This document shows positions 19,509 through 25,311 of a DNA stretch of 25,311 nt, one piece after another. Made by a program: the position numbers and the translations under genes. Each line of letters opens with the position of its first letter. Position 1 is the first letter of the stretch. This DNA is from an uncultured delta proteobacterium (GTDB lineage: Bacteria; Desulfobacterota; Syntrophobacteria; Syntrophobacterales; Syntrophobacteraceae), in the NCBI GenBank assembly GCA_963808625.1, contig CAWEHK010000046.1, positions 1-25,311 of the forward strand, written 5' to 3'. The notes under the pieces are model-generated. The model was not told the DNA's origin. It did not search any database and was given only the letters and a program-made list of their open reading frames with translations.

Positions 19509-19937
19509 ATGATCAGCATCAACGTAACTTTTTTCATTCAGATGGCTAATGTTCTTATCTTGCTTTTCCTAATGAATCTTTTTCTTTACCGTCCCATTCG
19601 CCGGATTGTCGCCGAGAGAAACCAATTCATTGCCGAGCAGCGGCAGGGGATCGACCAGGCCGAAAGCGAGAGCCTTGCGGCGATGGAGGAATTTAACACA
19701 AGCATTCAGGAAGCTCGCAAAGCAGGGGCGTGAAAGAATTCAGGAGATCAAAGCATCCGCCTATGAAGCAGGAAAAAGGGATGCTGCAGGCGGCCGCGGA
19801 CCAGGCTGCCAAAGCAGGTACAGGTTACCCGGATGACGGTCCAGAGTGATATCAGGAAGGCGCGCGAGCAGCTGAAAGCGCAGATCAACGCCTTTTCGGT
19901 CGAACTGGCGCAGAAAATATTGGGAAGGAATCTCTAA
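19509..19937 (+). CDS. atpF: ATP synthase F0 subunit b' (frameshifted)
   Basis: MISINVTFFIQMANVLILLFLMNLFLYRPIRRIVAER... to ...VELAQKILGRNL*. Confidence 0.85.
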
Positions 19938-19964
19938 ATGGGTGAGCGTGAGAGGGGGTATGAG

Positions 19965-20546
19965 ATGAGGGTAAAGGGTGCGTTGCCCCTCCTATGCGCA
20001 GTATCGCTCCTTGCATTGCAGGGGATCTGCTGGGCTTCGGAAGGGGGAGGTCATGGAGGTGGTCTGAACTGGACTGATTTTGCGTATCGGCTTGTTGCCT
20101 TTGTACATTCTGGTTGCCATCCTGGTGAAGCTTCTCAAAAAGCCGATCAGTAATTTTCTCACTTCACGGCGGGAGGAGATTCAAGACGCTGTTGGCCGAA
20201 TTGGAGTCAAAGCGGTTGGAAGCGGAGCAGAGAAGCTGCCGAGTATCAGGCAAAGCTTGCCGCCCTGGAGGATGAAACCAAAAAGATCGTTGCTGAGCTG
20301 ATCGCTGAAGGCGAAGCCGAAAGGCAGAAGATCATCCAGTCAGCCCAAAAACAGGCTGATTACATTAAGCAGCAGGCGCAACTGGCCATCCAGCAGGAAG
20401 TCAAGGCTGCCAGCGAAGAACTCCAGGAGGAAATCAGCGAGCTCACCGTGGCCGCGGCGGAAGAGCTGGTGCGCAAGAACCTGGGACCTGCGGATCAAGA
20501 TCGCCTGGTTCGGGATTTCATGACAAGGGTGGTGGAGGCGAAGTGA
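19965..20546 (+). CDS. atpF: ATP synthase F0 subunit b with N-terminal extension (frameshifted)
   Basis: ASEGGGHGGG leader, TM segment, KKPISNFLTSRREEI; C-terminal AAEELVRKNL..DQDRLV.DF. Confidence 0.85.
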
Positions 20547-21098
20547 AAAATCTAATTATAGCCAAACGTTATGCCAAGGCATTGTTCAACCTGGCCCAGG
20601 AAGATGGAAAGGTTGAGCAATATGGACAGGAGCTGGATGGTTTCGTTCGGCTCTCCGGGGAGCTTCCTGATTTGGCAAACGCCATTCAAAACCCTTTGTA
20701 TACGGAAGCGGCCCGAAAATCGGTCTTTCACTCAGTCGCAGAGCAAGATTGCTTTATCACCGATCTTGAAGAGCTTCATCAATCTTCTCATTGAAAAGAA
20801 GCGTGTTCAGAATGTTGGGGAAATAGCAGAATATTACCACAAACTGATCGACGAATACGCCAATGTCGCACGGGCTCAGATCACAGCCGCAACGCAGCTG
20901 GACGACGAGCGTGGTTCAAGGAAATTGCTCAGACTCTTGAGAAAATGACAGGGAAGCATGATCGTCGTCGAGTTTCAGCAGGATGCCAGCTTGATTGGGG
21001 GCGTTGTCGCGAAGATTGGCGATATGGTTTTAGATGGGAGCGTAAAGCGACAGTTACTTAATTTCAAGGAAACTATGAAGAGGGGTGCATTAGGTTAA
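20543..21098 (+). CDS. atpH: ATP synthase F1 subunit delta (frameshifted)
   Basis: [41 protein letters not shown]. The stop overlaps the atpA start (TAATG). Confidence 0.92.
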
Positions 21099-22618
21099 TG
21101 GAAATCAGAGCCGAAGAAATCAGCCAAATTATCCGAGAGCAGATCAAGGATTACGAGAAGCAGGTCGAACTCAGCGAAACAGGCCGTGTGCTCTCCGTTG
21201 GTGACGGTATCGCTCGCGTCTATGGCGTCGAGAAATGCATGTCCATGGAATTGCTCGAGTTCCCTACTGAACATGGATCAGTTTTTGGTTTAGCCCTCAA
21301 CCTCGAAGAAGATAATGTGGGTGTCGCGATCATGGGTGAAGACTTCCACATCAAGGAGGGGGGAGAGGTCAGGCGCACCGGGCGCATTGCCGAAGTGCCG
21401 GTAGGTGACGCGGTTCTTGGTCGGGTCATCGATCCGGTCGGCGCCCCCATCGATGGCAAGGGACCCATCGAAGCCACGGAGTTCGCCCGAATCGAGCGGA
21501 TCGCCCCCGGTGTTATTGCCCGGCAGTCGGTCAACGAACCCTGTTACACCGGGCTCAAGGCCATCGATGCCATGACTCCGGTTGGCCGCGGGCAGCGCGA
21601 ATTGATCATCGGTGACCGCCAGATCGGCAAGACGGCCATCGCTATCGACGCCATTATCAACCAGAAGGACAGTGGGATCATCTGCATCTACGTTGCGGTC
21701 GGGCAGAAAAAGTCGACGGTTGCCCAGGTCGTGGAAGTGCTTCGCAAACACGGGGCCATGGATTATACCACCATTGTCGTCGCCGGCGCCAGTGACCCGG
21801 CGTCCCTCCAGTACATTGCCCCTTATGCGGGATGTGCCATGGGCGAATACTATCGCGATCGCGGCCGCCATGCCCTGATCATCTACGATGATCTCTCCAA
21901 ACAAGCCGTCGCTTATCGTCAGGTGTCTTTGCTGCTGCGTCGTCCGCCGGCACGCGAAGCCTATCCCGGTGACATCTTTTACAATCACTCCCGGTTGCTC
22001 GAACGGTCCTCAAAGCTCAATAATGAGCTGGGGGGAGGGTCATTGACCGCTTTGCCGATTATTGAAACCCAGGCAGGCGACGTATCCGCTTATATTCCGA
22101 CCAACGTTATTTCGATCACCGATGGGCAGATTTATCTTGAACCATCGCTCTTCTTCTCCGGTGTTCGTCCTGCCATCAACGTCGGCCTCTCGGTGTCGCG
22201 CGTGGGTGGTGCCGCGCAAACGAAGGCCATGAAACAGGTGGCAGGCCGGATGCGTTTGGACCTGGCCCAGTATCGAGAACTGGAAGCCTTTGCCAAATTT
22301 GGCAGTGACCTCGACAAGGGGACGCAAGATCAGTTGAATCGCGGTATGCGGCTGGTCGAACTCCTGAAGCAGCCTCAATACAAGCCCATGTCGGGGGACA
22401 GAGAGGTCGTCAGCCTCTATTCCGGAACGAGAGGATATCTGGATTCTATTCCAGTTGAGAAGGTGAGTGAGTACGAAACGCAGATGCTTGCTTTTGTGGA
22501 GCGGAAGTATCCTGAAATTTTCGAGGAGCTTAAAGAGAAGAACATCATCAGTGACTCGTTGGACGAGAAGATGAAAAAGGCCCTGCAAGAGTTTGCCGAG
22601 GTCTTTAAGGCTGCATAG
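21098..22618 (+). CDS. atpA: ATP synthase F1 subunit alpha
   Basis: [57 protein letters not shown]. Confidence 0.98.
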   Translation: MEIRAEEISQIIREQIKDYEKQVELSETGRVLSVGDGIARVYGVEKCMSMELLEFPTEHGSVFGLALNLEEDNVGVAIMGEDFHIKEGGEVRRTGRIAEVPVGDAVLGRVIDPVGAPIDGKGPIEATEFARIERIAPGVIARQSVNEPCYTGLKAIDAMTPVGRGQRELIIGDRQIGKTAIAIDAIINQKDSGIICIYVAVGQKKSTVAQVVEVLRKHGAMDYTTIVVAGASDPASLQYIAPYAGCAMGEYYRDRGRHALIIYDDLSKQAVAYRQVSLLLRRPPAREAYPGDIFYNHSRLLERSSKLNNELGGGSLTALPIIETQAGDVSAYIPTNVISITDGQIYLEPSLFFSGVRPAINVGLSVSRVGGAAQTKAMKQVAGRMRLDLAQYRELEAFAKFGSDLDKGTQDQLNRGMRLVELLKQPQYKPMSGDREVVSLYSGTRGYLDSIPVEKVSEYETQMLAFVERKYPEIFEELKEKNIISDSLDEKMKKALQEFAEVFKAA

Positions 22619-22655
22619 GCGTCAATTCAGGTAATCAAATAAGAGAGCGTGCATT

Positions 22656-23533
22656 ATGGCTACCTTACGGGACATAAAGAGGAAAATTGACGCCGTCAAA
22701 AAGACCTCACAGATCACCAAAGCCATGAATATGGTGGCTGCTGCCAAGCTTCGTGGAGCTCAGCAGAACATGGAGAAATTCCACCCCTATGCCGTGAAAT
22801 TCAAAGAGGTGATCGGACGTCTTGCAGCGGGAGTGGAAGAGGGCGGGGAGTACGAACTGGTCAATCCGAGAGAACAAGTCAAGAAGGTTGAGCTGGTTCT
22901 TATCACCGCGGATAGAGGTCTTTGCGGCAGTTATAACAATAACCTGATCGTCACTGCTGAACGATTCATACGCGAGAAGCAGCAGCAGGAGTTGAGGTTT
23001 CTTTGATCACGGTAGGCAGGAAAGGTTCTGACTACTTCAAGCGGCGTAAAATTGAAATCCGCAGGCGGATGACCGGAGTTCTAAACAAACCCAGCTATGA
23101 CGATGCCTTGAGTTTGGGCCGTGAGCTCATCGAAATCTTTGAAACCGGCGAGTGTGATGAAGTCTATGTGATCTACAGCCGCTATTTGAGCATGGTGAGA
23201 CAAGTGGCGACGCTGGTCAAACTCCTTCCCATTACCCCAGAAGGGCCGGAAAAGGAAAAGGAAGACGGATACGTCGAATATCTGTTTGAGCCTTCCCATC
23301 AAGCGCTGTTAACCGACCTTCTGCCTAATTTCTTGTATATTCAACTTTTGGAGCACTTCTATCAGACTTCCGTGGGTGAGCACGCAGCACGCATGGCTGC
23401 GATGGAAAATGCCACCAGCAACTGTAAGGAAATGGTTCGCAGTCTTTCGCTGACTTACAACAAGGCAAGACAGGCCGGCATTACCACAGAGCTCATGGAT
23501 ATCGTAGGCGGTGCGGAGGCCCTAAGAAAATAG
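22656..23533 (+). CDS. atpG: ATP synthase F1 subunit gamma (one frameshift near 22995)
   Basis: ITKAMNMVAAAK, DRGLCGSYN, EHAARMAAM, YNKARQAGITTEL. Confidence 0.96.
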
Positions 23534-23582
23534 GTTCAGGCCGCAGGCAGCGGTCCTTTTGGACTAAGGAGGCAATAAGCCC

Positions 23583-24994
<1,412 letters not shown>

Positions 24995-25014
24995 CCACAA
25001 AGAATGGTGAGCAT

Positions 25015-25311
25015 ATGGCCGATAAAATTTTGTTGGAGATTGTGACACCGGAAAGAAAAGTCCTGAGCGAAACGGTGGATATTGTCGTGGCGCCGGGGGA
25101 AGAGGGTGAATTCGGCGCCCTGCCGAACCACATTCCTTTTCTCTGCAAGCTCAAAGTCGGCGAGTTGCGCTTCCGGGTGGGCGCCAATACCCGCCATGTG
25201 GCGATAATGGGTGGCTATGCCGAAGTGTTGCCTGATCATGTTACGATTTTGGCTACCGCAGCGGAAGAAGCCTCTGAGATCGATGTGATGCGTGCCAAGG
25301 CAGCAAGGGAG
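25015..25311 (+). CDS. atpC: ATP synthase F1 subunit epsilon (runs off window end)
   Basis: Manual translation MADKILLEIVTPERKVLSETVDIVVAPGEEGEFGALPNHIPFL...GGYAEV...TILATAAE..SEIDVMRA. Confidence 0.95.
   Translation, partial: MADKILLEIVTPERKVLSETVDIVVAPGEEGEFGALPNHIPFLCKLKVGELRFRVGANTRHVAIMGGYAEVLPDHVTILATAAEEASEIDVMRAKAARE

Overview
Bacterial chromosomal window, moderately GC-rich. Gene content suggests a deltaproteobacterium (Desulfobacterota, possibly Syntrophobacteraceae-like; inference). The right two-thirds (8.6-25.3 kb) is housekeeping. A minus-strand rpmH-rnpA-yidD-yidC-jag-mnmE cluster sits divergently next to mreB-mreC-mreD-mrdA-rodA instead of dnaA, followed by a split ATP synthase operon (atpF', atpF, atpH, atpA, atpG, atpD, atpC; no atpI/B/E). 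Many of these essential genes carry single-base frameshifts, most likely sequencing/assembly indels. The left third is accessory: the start of a WD40-repeat gene, a possible integron-integrase relic, a GNAT, an isochorismatase-family enzyme, an alpha/beta hydrolase, LarE, NadA, a MOSC protein, an Rrf2 regulator and a REC-PAS-HD-GYP regulator. The least explained signal is non-coding. Almost every spacer in 0.6-5 kb holds a different small repeat element: a TIR-bounded MITE-like element, a 218-bp palindrome, a GTAG REP doublet, three different heptamer arrays and a 9-mer-periodic hairpin. Several of these lie between diverged direct duplications of the neighbouring gene's start or end (nadA 3' end, GNAT 5' end; weaker cases at larE and rodA). 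This suggests an insertion process that duplicates gene termini and so leaves the genes intact.
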